Shown: in pieces, positions 50,935 through 63,580 of the stretch
Numbering within the stretch: position 1 is the first letter of the stretch
Layout of the letters: each line of letters starts with the position of its first letter
NCBI RefSeq assembly: GCF_018350175.1
Contig: NC_058368.1
Coordinates: 231,138,001-231,202,000, forward strand
Source of the DNA: Felis catus
Taxonomy: Eukaryota
DNA: 64,000 nucleotides
Direction: 5' to 3'
The notes under the pieces: model-generated
What the model saw: only the letters and a program-made list of their open reading frames with translations
Database searches by the model: none
What the model was told of the DNA's origin: nothing
Program-made: the position numbers and the translations under genes

Positions 50935-51330
50935 CCTGTTATGGACTCAATTGTGTTGTTTCCACCAGCTCTACCAAAATTCATAAACTGACGTCCTAAT
51001 ACCTAGAACCTCAGAATGACTGTATTTCTAGACAGGGTATTTAAGGAGATAATTAAGTTAAAACATCAGATCATTCGGATGGGCCCTAAGTCAACATGAG
51101 TGGTGCCTCTGTAAAAACAAGATCAGGGCACAAACACGCAAAGAGAGAAAACCATACAGAAGGCACAAGAAGAAGACACAAATCTGCAAGCAAGGAGAGA
51201 AGCCTCAGAAGAAACCAGCCCTGCAGACACCTTGGTATCAAACTTCTGGTCTCCAGAACTGTGAGAAAATAACCCTCTATTAAGTCACCCAGTCTGTGAT
51301 CTTGTTATGGCACCTGTTGAAAATACAATA
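50935..51330 (+). mobile_element. MaLR LTR (MLT1-like)
   Basis: tgttatggactcaattgtg...cctcagaatgactgtatt...gaagaaaccagccctgcagacaccttg...ccagaactgtgagaaaataa. Confidence 0.85.
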
Positions 51331-51842
51331 TCCAAAACTGAATTCATCTCTTCCCATTCAGAGCTAATGAAACTACACCAGAAATCATTCTTAAATCTTC
51401 CTTCCTGTATCACCTCATCAATCACTATTTTCTATTAATTCTACCCTGATCTGTTTCTTCCTTCTCATTCTTTCCATTTCCACTGCCTGAATTTAAACCC
51501 CTATATAATATCTTGCCCAGCCCACTGCAATAGCAATCGAAAATATAGTCTGAATTAATCAGTTTTCCCTTGGGGTCTTACTTCCTATTACCTTTTTAAG
51601 AACACTCTCCATTCTACCTGTATTATACTAAAAATAAGCAATCTTCATGTCCTTACAGGAGAGAAGTAAAGCCCAACTAAAATAAGCCTGGTCTGGAAGA
51701 GGATACCCAGGTAGTTCAACATTAATCACTCACAGCATTCCAGCCCAGAAGATATTCTAGTTCAACAATGGAGGAAACAACTTTTGGGATGTCTGCCCTG
51801 AATCGAGAATGGACACTGACAGCCATGACTTTTATTCTTTTC

Positions 51843-52095
51843 CTTTTTATTGAACTATAACTGACATATAACATTACTTTTGAGTGTATGACATAAAGAT
51901 TCAATATATGTAACATGTGAAATGACCACAGTAACTCTAGTTAAGTCCATCACTACACGTAATTTTTTTCCTGTGGTAAGAACTTTTAAGATCTACTCTG
52001 TTAACAACTTTCACATATATAACATAGTACTGACTATTGTTATGGGGCTGTATACTACATCTCCAGGACTTGTAACTGCTGGTTTGTAGCTTTTG
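51843..52095 (-). mobile_element. L1 3' end fragment
   Basis: ttttattgaactataactgacatataacatt...aagaacttttaagatctactct. Confidence 0.75.
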
Positions 52096-52269
52096 GCATG
52101 ATTTTTACTTTTCCATCATCTTTCCCACCATCACACAGCCACCTGGATCATGGGTAGGCATCTGATCCCACACGGGCCAATCAGATTCTAGCTCCCAGAA
52201 ATTTGGATTTAAGATTAAGTTGATGAGGAAAGAGATCTATTCACAGAAATAGCCATGGACACAATGGCA

Positions 52270-52830
52270 AGACAATTTATGCCTCACCTCTGCTCAAAAC
52301 CCTCCCTATCTCACAACAGTAGAAGTAAAGTCCTACATACCCGTTCTGCTTCTACACTGGTCCCATGATCTCTGACCGCATATTTTACTTACTCTTCCCC
52401 CAACTCATTCACTCCATTGTAGCTACACCGGTCTCCTGACACACTCCCATCTTAGAGAGTTCACACGGGCTCTTCTCTCTGCCTAGAATTCTCTGTGCAC
52501 AGAGTATTTGCGTATCCAACTCCCTCTCTTCGCTCCCTTTTCAATGAGGCCTTCCTTCACTGCCACAGTTAAAACTGAAATCCCGTCCTCCCACCCTGGC
52601 ACACCTTATTCCCTCCAGATTTACTCTTCTCCACAACATTTATAACCTTCCAGCTATGCCATACAATTTATTTTGTCATCCCTTCCTCCCCTACCAAGCC
52701 AAACACAAGAATGTAAACTCTATGAAATGAGGGATTTTGTCTATTTTGTTCTCTGCCTATCCCAAGCGCATAAAATAGTGCCTGGCTTCTAACAGGTGCT
52801 CAAATAAACATTTGTCAAATAAGTGCATGT
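52270..52830 (+). mobile_element. L2 3' region
   Basis: ctctgctcaaaaccctcc...gaatgtaaactctatga...gtgcctggcttctaacaggtgctcaaataaacatttg. Confidence 0.8.
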
Positions 52831-53337
52831 CTGCTTGGTGATAAGCCTGCCAATGCAGTGAAAGCTGATCTGTGGTGAGAAGAATGAAGCAGACTTGTCT
52901 GGAAGCAGAGATGAAAGACCATGTGGTTCTAGAAAGATGGTAACTAGCTGTCTGGTTCTGACAACTTCTCATACTTCTAACTCCTTTCTTCCAAATCTAT
53001 GTCATCTCAAGTTTTTGCCATAGTAAATATATAACACGATCGACTGCAATACACTTTCAAATTTATACCCTCCCAATGTTTCACAAAGCATATAAAATAA
53101 TTGCTTTGGCATTCCATAAACAAATTGCTTATAAGATTTTGAACTGTGTTCTGCTAGCGTAAGTAGTAATTTAGCAAAATAAAAAAATCGGGTCTGTATC
53201 ACTGGACCGAAATGATAACACTCTACTATGGCAAAATGTATTTAGTATCTTTATGAGGGTTTCATACATCAATACTTGCTTCCAACATCCATTCCAACAG
53301 CGTGGTGTTTTTCCTTTTAAGAAATGTATATCCTTGA

Positions 53338-53528
53338 GGGGCCGTGTCAGTTAAGTGTGCGACTTTGGCTCATGTCATGATCTCATGGGTTCATGAATTC
53401 GAGCCCTGTATCAGGCTCTCTGATGTCAGCGTGGACACCGCTTTGGATACTCTGTGCCCCTTCTCTTCTCTCTCTCTCTCTGCCCCTCCCCCGCTGGTTC
53501 TCTATCTCTAAATAAACATTTTTTTTTA
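53338..53528 (+). mobile_element. Can-SINE with an internal 5' deletion
   Basis: TSD aatgtatatccttgag. Confidence 0.85.
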
Positions 53529-53964
53529 ATGTATATCCTTGAGCAAAAGACAAATATATATTTTTTGAAACCAAAAAATCTCAGTGCATTGCAGGATCAG
53601 ACTCCTAATCCATAAAATGAGGAAGCTGTGTATCTAAAGTATCCTCTTACATTTAAAGACTTGATGATAGCAGTTTACATATCTCCACTCATACAAAATA
53701 CATACAAAAAACAATATGAATGACTCACACATCCTCTGTTATGAAACTAGATCATAAACCTGTTGATTTTACAAAAACAAAATTTAATACCCCAAACACT
53801 TTTTAGAGATCTTTAAAATCTAGCAAACACTTATTATGAAGGGCCAAAATCCATCTAGCAAATTATCAGTTTTCTAACAGACTTTAGTACTGTTTACCAC
53901 AAATACAAAACATTCTGAGCATTACAACATCATCTGTGATACCCTAGAGGAAAGCGACATGCCT

Positions 53965-54182
53965 TTTTAAAATTTTTTTTAACTTTATTTATTTTTGAGA
54001 CAGAGAGAGACAGAGCATGAACAGGGGAGGGGCAGAGAGAGAGGGAGACACAGAATCCGAAACAGGCTCCAGGCTCTGAGCTGTCAGCACAGAGCCCGAC
54101 GCGGGGCTCGAACTCACGGACCGTGAGATCGTGACCTGAGCCAAAGTCGGATGCTTAACCAACCAAGCCACCCAGGCACCCC
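53965..54182 (-). mobile_element. Can-SINE
   Basis: TSD cgacatgcc; full SINE consensus. Confidence 0.93.
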
Positions 54183-54764
54183 TCGACATGCCATTTTTAA
54201 AGGAGGGAAGAGTTACACACTGTATAGTTGGTATTTTAATTACATTCTTCATCTTTGCTCAGATTAACATACTAAAAATAGAAAAGTAAACATTATCAGT
54301 GTTTTTAATAATAAATGACAATTTTTAAAAATTTAATTTTCTTTACATTTTTTTGGTCATTTTCTTTCATTTTTACTGTGTCCTACAGAAAAACTGTTTC
54401 TTTTATAGTCAGATAAAAAAAAACACCCAAAGGCTTTTTAAGAAATAATCTGTAATAACTAGTTTAGCAAATAGAGCAGTTGTTTCCAAGCTTTTTTTCA
54501 CTTTATCATGAAATAATTCTCTATAACCCTCTCTTTCCTTTCAATGTTTTTCCAAGTTAAATTTAAATTAATTTTGAAAATTTCAGAAGATTTCTGATTT
54601 GGAATTTAGCAAAGTGAGCAGGAGAAGTACTAAAATTCACTTTCATTTCATGACTAATAGCTTCATAAAACAAATGCCCAAAAAAAGGTTCTGTCAAAAT
54701 ATGTAAATGATTCATCCTATAAAGGGAGTGACAAAAATAAGTTATTTATTATCCATTTTAACCA

Positions 54765-54995
54765 CAGGGTCTAACAGACCTGAGTCTGAATCTTACCTCT
54801 GATATGCGCTATCTAGATGACCCTGGGCAAGTCACGTAATCATACCAACCCGACCCCTCACCTCAAACCCCCCCCACACTCCCCCTTTCCTCTCTGTAAA
54901 GAGTGGATACCCTAAAAATGTGGAGAGAATTAAAGAAGATGTGTATAAAGTGTTCAGTAAACACATGCCACACACACGTACTCAATACTAGTTAC
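54765..54995 (+). mobile_element. MIR
   Basis: cagacctgagtctgaatc...gaccctgggcaagtcacgtaa...tttcctctctgtaaa...gaattaaagaagat. Confidence 0.7.
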
Positions 54996-56841
54996 TTCAA
55001 TAAGAAACAGTGTTCAAGTCAGTAAATAAAAATCATTTATGCCTTACCCTGATTATAATTTTACAAGGAAAAACAATGTTGAAGCACTGGAAGTACGTTG
55101 AAAATCATCCTTTCACGATTCCATGTAAACCTCCAGATTCTGCAATTCCTGATTTACCACTAACTATAGCACCATAAGTGTAGGCAAGTACTAAGCGCCC
55201 AGGCTCAAAGAATGGAATTTAGGGTTGCCAGCACACATCGAGTGATAAATAAATACGTGCCTTACTAGATTGAGTCATTAAAATGTGAATCCGAAATGAC
55301 GTAAAACCTTTGCAGATGGAAATTCACACACAAGGACCATCTGTCAAAAACAAAGTAATTCCTAACCTCTCAGCAGCTTTACTATTTTTTTCCAAGGGAA
55401 TCTCCTGTGGCGACTAGCTTCACTCACTGGGTGTAATAAACACAACGGAGACATAATGGAAGGAAACGTCGATTGGTAATCAGAATATCTGGGCTAAAAA
55501 TCTCTTACAAGTGTGTGAAACGTGGACCAGCTGTTAAAACAACTAAGCCTGAATTTCCACACCTATACCTACCTACTCCACCGGACACTATGAGGATCAA
55601 ACGTAAAGGCACGTGGGTGTGCTCCGTAAGCCATCACACACAAATGCCATTACAGCCTAGGTTCTTATTATCCAATGAAAGATTTATTTAAGAAATGATA
55701 AGTCAAGTTCAACCAATTCTTCACATAGACTAAGATCTTAAACTTTTTATCACTATTGCATGCCATGGCAGTGCTCCACGATTTTCATCCAAAACCACCC
55801 AAATCGCAATCCATTAAGGCTGCAAGACATATCCCCACATAAAGCCACTCAACGCATCAGGGCATCTTCACTGATAACCAAACCATCAAGAAACAGGACA
55901 ATGTAGTAATTTCCTCTACAGACACACTAAATTATTTGGTCGATTCTAGAAAGATAAAACCGCTTGAACGTGAACCCACCCTACCCTTCGGTGGATAAGC
56001 AAACGCATTTCCATACCCCTAGATGTTTATACCTCATGTATTCAGTTTACACGGGCTAACAGCCGTATCCCAAACACACACTCACAAAACAAAGCACACA
56101 AACCCCCGCTTGCTGGTGTCAGGGATTGGACACAAAATAAACTACACCGAAACAAAAGAATTCCAAACAATCTCCCTCCTCCTAATAACCTCGCTGGACC
56201 TTACTCTTCCACGCTTAGTAAACAAATTATTTGGGGGCAGGGACGCACAGGGCAAGGTTCTTAAATAGGGGTCAGTCAACCGCACTCAGCCGTCACCTGG
56301 CGGGGCATTTTTCGCGAAGTTTCAGAGTCAACAAAGAAGTTTTGTCGTCAGGGGATAGGGCCTGTACAGCAATAGGCGAAACGACAATAAGGAAGACAAA
56401 ACCGAGTGGGGGATGGGCGTGGAATACGCCCCCGTACTTCGGGCGGCGACCACTGCAGGTCCCCCGGGGACGTGGGGGGGGGGGGGGGATGGAGGGGCAG
56501 GGAGGCCGCGCCAGCCCGGAGCCCCGCAGCCCCGCGCCCCCGGCGGGTTCCCGCCCCCCGCGCGCACGGGCGGGAAACGGTGGGGGGCGCCGAGGGGTCA
56601 CCTTCGGCTCCCCCCCCCCCCCCCGCCTCCCGCTCCGCGCGGTCCGCCGCCCCTCGAGCCGGCTCCTCGGCGGGCAAACGGCCCGGGCGCTGGCCCCGCC
56701 GGTCACCGCGCTCCCCCGCCCCGAGAGGAGGCGCCCCCGCCGCGCCGCCCGGGCCCGTCGCCCGTCTCGGACGCCGCGGCCGGAGCGCGGGCCTGGCCCG
56801 AACCCAGACGCCGGTGCAAGGGCGCGGGCGCCGCCGCTTAC

Positions 56842-56860
56842 CTTCCTCGGCGGTGTCCAT
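56842..56860 (-). CDS. MARCHF6: MARCHF6 coding exon 1 (19 nt, MDTAEE+G)
   Basis: gacaagATGGACACCGCCGAGGAAG|gtaagc inside the CpG island; good Kozak (A-3, G+4). Confidence 0.97.
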
Positions 56861-57173
56861 CTTGTCTGGGGGGGCGGCGGTGACGCAGCCGCGAGGCACC
56901 CGCGGCCGGGGCCGGAGCCTTCCGGCCCGGGCGGGGAGGGAGGGAGGGAGGGAGGGGGAGGAGGGAGGAGGGAGCGGAGCCGGGCCGGGCAGGTGCGTGT
57001 GCTCAGGTGCGAGAGAGGAAACGAGAGGAAGGAGAGAGGGGGAGAGGGAGAGGGAGACAGGCTGACAGAAAGCGGCCGCGAGAGGGGAGGGGGAGGGGCG
57101 GGGAGATCGGGGCGGAAAGGCCTGGGCGGGGCGCCGGGCGGAAGGGGCGGGAGCGCCCCCCAACGACGCGCGC

Positions 57174-57184
57174 CGTCACTTCCG
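57174..57184 (-). promoter_or_regulatory. ETS-CRE composite motif CGGAAGTGACG (GABPA/CREB-type)
   Basis: Plus strand CGTCACTTCCG, directly upstream of the GC-box cluster. Confidence 0.6.
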
Positions 57185-58559
57185 CCGCCGGCGGCCTCCG
57201 GGACGGTGAGGGTCGGGCGCGGGCGGGGCTGCGACTGCCCGGGCTCCGGGCCACCTGGGTCTCGCCGTGGGCGGCGTGGCTGAAACCTAAGCAGGAGCCG
57301 AGCTCTGGTGGCACCCGAGGGCGGCGACAAAAAAGGAACAGAGCCGGGGGGGCGGGGCAGCGTGAGCGAGCGCAGCGCGGACCGGACCGCGGTGCACAAC
57401 AGAGGCTCGTTTCTGGGTGGCTTAAGGATCCTCTGGGTGAAAGAAAACACAGGTTCTGCGCCCCCTCTCCCGCCACGAGACTCTAGTGCCGTGTGTCTGG
57501 AGTGGGCCCAGGAGATGCACTTTTGTTCGGCACCCGGGTGGCTGTGATGCACGTTTTGAGGAAACGGTGCAACATCACTGAAATGTGAGAAGACGCTCGC
57601 TAACTTTACCAAAATTCCCCCCGGGGAGACTCATGCATTTTGGTTGGAAGGACTTCAATAACCCACTGAGGCTGAGGATTGAGACATCCGCCTCTAATAG
57701 AGATCGGTTCGGATGCGAACAGGCCTTGCTGTGCGGAGTTCAGGACGCCTACCGGGCCGGAGCCGAACTGCCTCGGCCTTAGGAGCGGCTGACCTCTGCC
57801 TCCGTCAGTACTCCACACCATGAGCTTGCCTTTTTCTTTAAGTGAAGCTCTACTTACAAAATACAGATTAGAAAGGCCAGTGCCTTAGGATCGCCTGAGT
57901 AGAGGCAGAGATGCCTCTAACCCCAAAGAAAAACATTTTAAACGATATACAGATGATTTGCAGAAATAGATTCAAGAACGCTAGCAATCTCTTTTCCATC
58001 TGCGTGACTGAAGGCATTGGGAAGACCTACCCCGCCCCCCCCCACTTTCTGAATCAGAATGAGATTTAGAGTAAAAATAGTGAAATGGAGTCCTCCAAAA
58101 AGAGAACAACCCTTAAAGACCGATGTCACTGATTTGACTGATTTTAGTCATGTTACCCAATGTAGGAAAGCGAATTCTTGACACCATGATGGAGACCCGC
58201 TGATTTCAAGGACTGAGCTTGAGAACTGATCCCATTTAAGTCTTTCTTTAACTATGTTTTGACTATGTCCCAAGAAATTGAATTTGAAGGAGGCTCATTC
58301 CCCAGCCCCTATCCCTCACCTAACCCTAATATGAGCTCACGTGCCTGTAAGGCCTGTAGCAGAGCACTTCTCACTGAGCTGAGACCGAAGGCCCAGTTCA
58401 GGATCACCAAACCCAGTCTTGCGTTGTATGGCAAGGATTCTGTGAGACAGACATTGAGACTTGCTCACAGAAGTACGGGTTATGTACCGCAGTGAAGGCA
58501 TCTGCATGACCAGATGGTCGGGGTGGTTAGCATCACCAGTGATGGGACAGATGGACATG

Positions 58560-59160
58560 ATGAAAAATCAAAACCTGCCGACAAGGCACGCCTGCATCTG
58601 GGCATGAGGCAACACCAGATGAACCCAGGCTGAGGGGCAACCTACAGAATATAAGGCCCATACTGTCAGGACAAGAAAATGACTCAGGAGACATTTCAGA
58701 TTGGAGGAGACCAAAGAGACACGACAACTACATGCAATGTGTGTTTCTGGATGAGGTCCCACACCAGAAAACGCAAAAAGATATTTTGGGGACAATTGGC
58801 AAAATTGAAATTTGAGTAAGGTCTTTGGAGGTTAGTGTTGCATCCGTGTTGATTTCCCGACTTTTTCAGAGATCTGTGTTTAGGGAAATACACACTAGAG
58901 CATTTAGGTTTGAGGTAGGATTAGGTTTGAAGCTTATAGTCAAATCGTTTAGAAAAAAAGACTGTATATCCGTGTAAGTGTGTGTGTGTGTGTGTGTGTG
59001 TGTGCATGGGTGTGCACGTGCGTACGTGCACGTGTGTGTATCCGAGAGAAAGGGAGAAGTTAAAAGTTGCTGAAGCTGGGTGAAGTTAATATGAAAGTTG
59101 TCTGTACTGCATTTGCAACTTTTCTGTGACTTTGAAATTATTCTGAAATCATTTTTTAAA
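58560..59160 (+). mobile_element. Old L1 (L1ME/MC-like) 3' end with a (TG)n microsatellite (~58978-59040)
   Basis: gattggaggagaccaaagagacacgacaactacatgcaatgtg...gcaacttttctgtgactttgaaatt. Confidence 0.7.
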
Positions 59161-59372
59161 GGCAAAATTGGTAAGTGCAGATGGAACTCCAGAGCAGCCG
59201 TTCTCAAATTTGGGGATCGGTCATAAACACTTCTGACAACCTGATAAAATCTATGGACTTTTTTCCCGGAAAAATTCCACAGGCACAAAACATTGCATAA
59301 AATTTCAGGGCGTAGTTCATGGATGCCTTCAAGTCCATGCATAAATTCCTGGTTAAAATAACCTCTCAGTTA

Positions 59373-59602
59373 GGGGCACCTGGGTGGCTTAGTCAGTTGG
59401 GCGTCTGACTTCATTCAGCTCAGGTCATGATCTCACAGTTTGTGAGTTCAAGCCCCGCACTGGGCTCTGTGCTGACAGCTCAGAGCCTGGAGCCTGCTTT
59501 GGATTCTGTGTCTCCTCCTTTCTCTGCACTTCCCCCACTCACACTTTGTCTCTTTCTCTCTCTCTTTCAAAAATAAATTAACATTAAAAAAAATTTTTTT
59601 TA
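59373..59602 (+). mobile_element. Can-SINE, adjacent to a short MER-type hAT remnant (~59195-59370)
   Basis: SINE consensus; flanking aataacct(ct)cagtta duplication. Confidence 0.88.
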
Positions 59603-60184
59603 ATAACCTCAGTTAAAGTATTGAGAAAAATAATAACATCCATTTCATTTTCCGAGGATATAGCAGGCTAGGTTATTTAAGCCAACAGTTGAAAATGCTA
59701 GATAAAAATATAAAAGACATATTCTTACATGTTGAGTAAAACAGTAAAGCAATTACTGGACCAAAATCTGAGGAGAGGAGGAAAATGGAACCTGGAAATT
59801 GCTTTTGCTCTGCTGAGCCAGGCAGATATGAATTTGTGTTTTGACAGCAAGAATAATTTTGGAAGCCCAGAACCTGACCAGCATGAGGCTCTGTTAAGGG
59901 ACCTTCCACCAGGATTCTCCCCAAGGCCCATAGGGCTGCTGTCTCTGGGGAACAGTGGGCCAGAAATAAATCTGAATCCTCTCTAAGACATCTAGGAAAA
60001 GTTGTCTGCTGATGATACCCATGAACCAACCCCGGCATGGATTGCACCCCAAACTCCCATCACCCCAGTGACCAAATAATCTCTGCCAGTGAATTCAGTT
60101 CAAAGTGGTCTTGGACCACTGGGAGCCCTAAGCACCTGAAAGAAGTAAATGCCGATTCTTCTAGGGGAATGCACTGCTTCCTAG

Positions 60185-60570
60185 CTGTCTTGGTCGGCTA
60201 GGACTCCCATAAAAGAAGACCACAGATGGGGTAGCTTAAACAACCGAAGTTTACTCTGTCATGGTCCTGGAGGCTGAGAGTACAAGGTCAAGATGCCATC
60301 AAGATTGGTTTCTCCGGAGGCCTCTCCCCTTGGCTTGCAGACAGACGCCTTCTTGTTGCATCCTTATACGGCCTTGTTTCTGTGTGTGCACACCCCTGGT
60401 GTGTCTTCCCCTTCCTACAAGGACTGGGGTCCTACTCGATTAGGGGCCTTCCCTTCTGACACCATTCAATCTCAATTACTTCCTCAAAACCTCTGTCTCC
60501 TAATACCGTCACACCAAGAGCTAGGGTTTCAAAAGTGAACCTTAGAAGGACACGGTTCCGTCCGTAACAT
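60185..60570 (-). mobile_element. MaLR LTR (MLT1A-like)
   Basis: ccacagatggggtagcttaaacaac..aagtttact...ctggaggctg...ggaggcctctccccttggcttgcagac. Confidence 0.85.
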
Positions 60571-60829
60571 CATCCCTCAAAGAACGTCCACGAGTAAATG
60601 TACAAGGACAACAAACTGCACACAGTAAACATAACCAAATATTTGTGTGTGTAGCTATACATACGTATGTCACAAGATACCTTGAGCAAGAATTTACATG
60701 ACAGCAGAAACCACCCTGCAAACACCTCGGGTATGGAAATCCCTAGACACACAGATTACAAAGAAACTACACTTGCTATGGCATTCTGAAAAGAGTGATA
60801 AAACACTGTTATTTTAAAATGTTAATTTT

Positions 60830-61305
60830 GGGGCGCCTGGGTGGCGCAGTCGGTTAAGCGTCCGACTTCAGCCAGGTCACGATTTCGCGGTCCATGAGTT
60901 CGAGCCCCGCGTCAGGCTCTGGGCTGATGGCTCGGAGCCTGGAGCCTGTTTCCGATTCTGTGTCTCCCTCTCTCTCTGCCCCTCCCCCGTTCATGCTCTG
61001 TCTCTCTCTGTCCCAAAAATAAATAAACGTTAAAAAAAAAATTAAAAAAAAAATTAAAAATAAAATGTTAATTTTATAGTGCCTGGGTGGTTCAGTCAGT
61101 TAAGCGTCTGACTCTTGATTTCAGCTCAGGCCATGATCTCATGGTCTGAGTCTGAGCCCTGTGTCGGGCTCCGTGCTGAGGGTGCAGACCCTCTTTGGGA
61201 TTCTCCCTCTCCCTCTCTCTCTGCCTCTCCTCTGCTCATGCGCTCGCTCTCTCTCTCTCTCTCTCTCAAAAAGTAAATAAATGAACTTTAAAAAAATAAA
61301 ATAAA
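60830..61305 (+). mobile_element. Young Can-SINE (60830-61060) directly followed by an older Can-SINE (~61078-61305)
   Basis: TSD taaaatgttaatttt at 60815-60829 / 61061-61075. Confidence 0.93.
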
Positions 61306-61840
61306 ATGTTAATGCTATAACAGAATTACATCTTTTGCCACCATTTAAACCTAAACTGATAATGTTTATTTATTGAGAAATAAAGGTACACATAATTTTT
61401 TAGGATGTGCGCAAGCAAAATCTTTAGAGAACTCTGCACTCGTGTATGAATGAGGCTACATCTGTCCTTGTGCACATGGAGGTCTGTCACCTGTGGTCCT
61501 TCACAGTTGTGGTCTCCTTTCATTCACTGATGTATCCCTGAGGTCAATACAGGCCTCGACATGTAGCAACATGTCAATAAATATTGGCTGAATAAATTAA
61601 GCATAAATTTCCAGGACATCCTTTGGATGCTGGAATAGTACATGTGTATTAAAGCCTTTCTTAGGAAGAGATAAGTTCATATCATAGCCACAATATTAAA
61701 TGAGCAACAATGATACATTACATTTAGTGTGTCCGTACCTTTATATCTGCATTTCTTGGTTGTAATAAATCCGATTTCAATACCTCATGCAGCTGTTCTC
61801 AATGAGGATATACATTGAGTTGAATCAACTCATCAAAATG

Positions 61841-61980
61841 GCGGGCACCTGGGTGGCTCAGTCGGTTGAGCATCTGACTCTTGATTTCAGCTTGGGTCAT
61901 GATTCCAGGGTCATGCTTGCGCTCCCTGCTTGCGCTCTCTCTCTACAATTAAAAACAATTTTATATATATTTTAAAAAAT
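61841..61980 (+). mobile_element. Short Can-SINE
   Basis: gcgggcacctgggtggctcagtcggtt...; TSD tcatcaaaatgg. Confidence 0.85.
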
Positions 61981-62099
61981 CATCAAAATGGAGTACCAAG
62001 TGTTTCTTATTCATGGCATGTTTGGATACAAAAATCACATAAAAATCACTTAGATTTAAGTCAGAAGTTTGCTGAGATGAAGGCCTTCAAGATCACATT

Positions 62100-62965
62100 T
62101 CCTTTTTTCTCCACTCTTTCATTATGAAAATTTTCAAACATACAGAAAAGGTGAAGAAATAGTACAATGAACAGCTTTACGTCCTGTTTGAACAACTTTG
62201 TCTGAACAACTCTGCCCCTGAGCATGTTAGGACTGTATCTTCTAGAGGTAGGATAATCTCCTTTAGGGGCACCTGAGTGGTTCAGTCGGTTAAGCGTCCG
62301 ACTTCAGCTCAGGTCATGATCTCATGGATCGTGAGTTCGAGCCTCACATTGAGCTGACAACTGAGGCTGGAGCCTGCTTCACGTTCTGTCTCCCTCCCCC
62401 TGCTTGTGCTCTGTCTCTCTCTTTCTCTCTCTCAAATATAAATAAACATTAAAAAAAAGAAAAAGAAGAATCTCTTTTAAAACCATTAGCACCCCATAAT
62501 AATACCTAGAACCTGAAGGTTCTGTAATTGTCCCAGGAATGTCTTTTACAGTTTTGCTTTGAAAAAAAAAAAAAGTGTGTAACATAAGCATCCAATCGAG
62601 CCTCCTTCATTGCCACGGGTTTAAGTCTGTGTGGTCATCGCCCTTATTCTAAAACAGTCCTGTACGATTTGTTTTCTGATGACATGTCTGTTGGCAGATC
62701 ATAGGACAGCTGTTAATACAAAGTCTCTCATTCTAGATTTGTCTGATTGCTTCTGGCTGTCATGTAATCTGTTCCGCTAGGCTGTCTGTATCACATAAAC
62801 TGGAAGTTAGCCTAGAGGCTTGATTTGATCCGGGATAAACATTTCTTTAAAAAGAATATTTGATAGGTGGTGTGGCAGCACACAGGGAGGCCAGAAAGTC
62901 AGGTTGAACCACTACCAATGTTGCTGAGTTTGATCACTTCATTAAGGTGATGGCTAAGTCTCACC
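62100..62965 (-). mobile_element. L1MC/ME-like 3' end with a + Can-SINE (62266-62468)
   Basis: attatgaaaattttcaaacatacagaaaag...gtttgatcacttcattaaggtgatg. Confidence 0.7.
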
Positions 62966-63106
62966 ATCTACTCATGATCTGTTGAGCAATGCTTGAAAGT
63001 CACAGGCCTTCAGATCCTTTCATTCAGATCTTCCTACTAAGTGGGACAGCTAGGTTTTAAAATTCTTTTTAAATTTGAAATTGCATGTTATCATTAAAAA
63101 CATTGA

Positions 63107-63580
63107 GGGGCGCCTGGGTGGCGCAGTCGGTTAAGCGTCCGACTTCAGCCAGGTCACGATCTCGCGGTCCGTGAGTTCGAGCCCCGTCAGGCTCTGGGCT
63201 GATGGCTCAGAGCCTGGAGCCTGTTTCCGATTCTGTGTCTCCCTCTCTCTCTGCCCCTCCCCCGTTCATGCTCTGTCTCTCTCTGTCCCAAAAAAAAAAA
63301 AAAAAAAAAAAAAAACAACGTTGAAAAAAAAATTAAAAAAAAAATAAAAACATTGATATTCAGGGGTGCCTGGGGTGGCTCAGTCGGTTAAGCATCTGAC
63401 TCTTGGTTTCAGCTCAGGTTACGATCTCACAGTTTTGTAGTTTGAGCCCTGCGTCTGGCTCTGTGCTGGCAGCCCAGAGCCTGTTTGGGCTTCTCTCTCT
63501 CTCCTTCTCTCTCTACCCCTTTCCCACTCACGCTGTCTCTGTCTCTCTCAAATAAATAAATAAAGTTTAAAAAAATGAAA
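63107..63580 (+). mobile_element. Young Can-SINE (63107-63344) followed by an older Can-SINE (63363-63577)
   Basis: TSD taaaaacattga at 63095-63106 / 63345-63356. Confidence 0.93.

Larger units (their letters stand above)
1..57180 (-). other. MARCHF6: MARCHF6 transcription unit (5' part; exons 1-20, continues beyond left edge; TSS approximate)
   Basis: 20 GT-AG-bounded exons concatenate in frame to [44 protein letters not shown]...IFLLIVFMCITLLIASLICLTLP, matching the known MARCHF6 N-terminal ~655 aa. Confidence 0.98.
56230..57810. promoter_or_regulatory. CpG island / MARCHF6 promoter, 5'UTR and start of intron 1
   Basis: Very GC- and CpG-rich; clustered GC boxes (GGGGCGG/GGGCGGGG at ~57095-57150); ETS sites CGGAAG; no TATA box seen; no upstream ATG between 56861 and ~57200 on the minus strand. 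Confidence 0.93.

Noticed and set aside
3034..54252. Recurrent ORFs of the type MAQSVERPTSAQVMISRSVSSSPASGSVLTAQSLEP
   Set aside because: Translations of Can-SINE bodies, not a gene family.
56231..57612. Long ORFs (350, 439, 271, 219 aa) over the promoter
   Set aside because: Pro/Gly/Arg-rich products of a stop-poor CpG island, open on both strands; only the 19-nt MDTAEE exon is supported by splice signals and homology.
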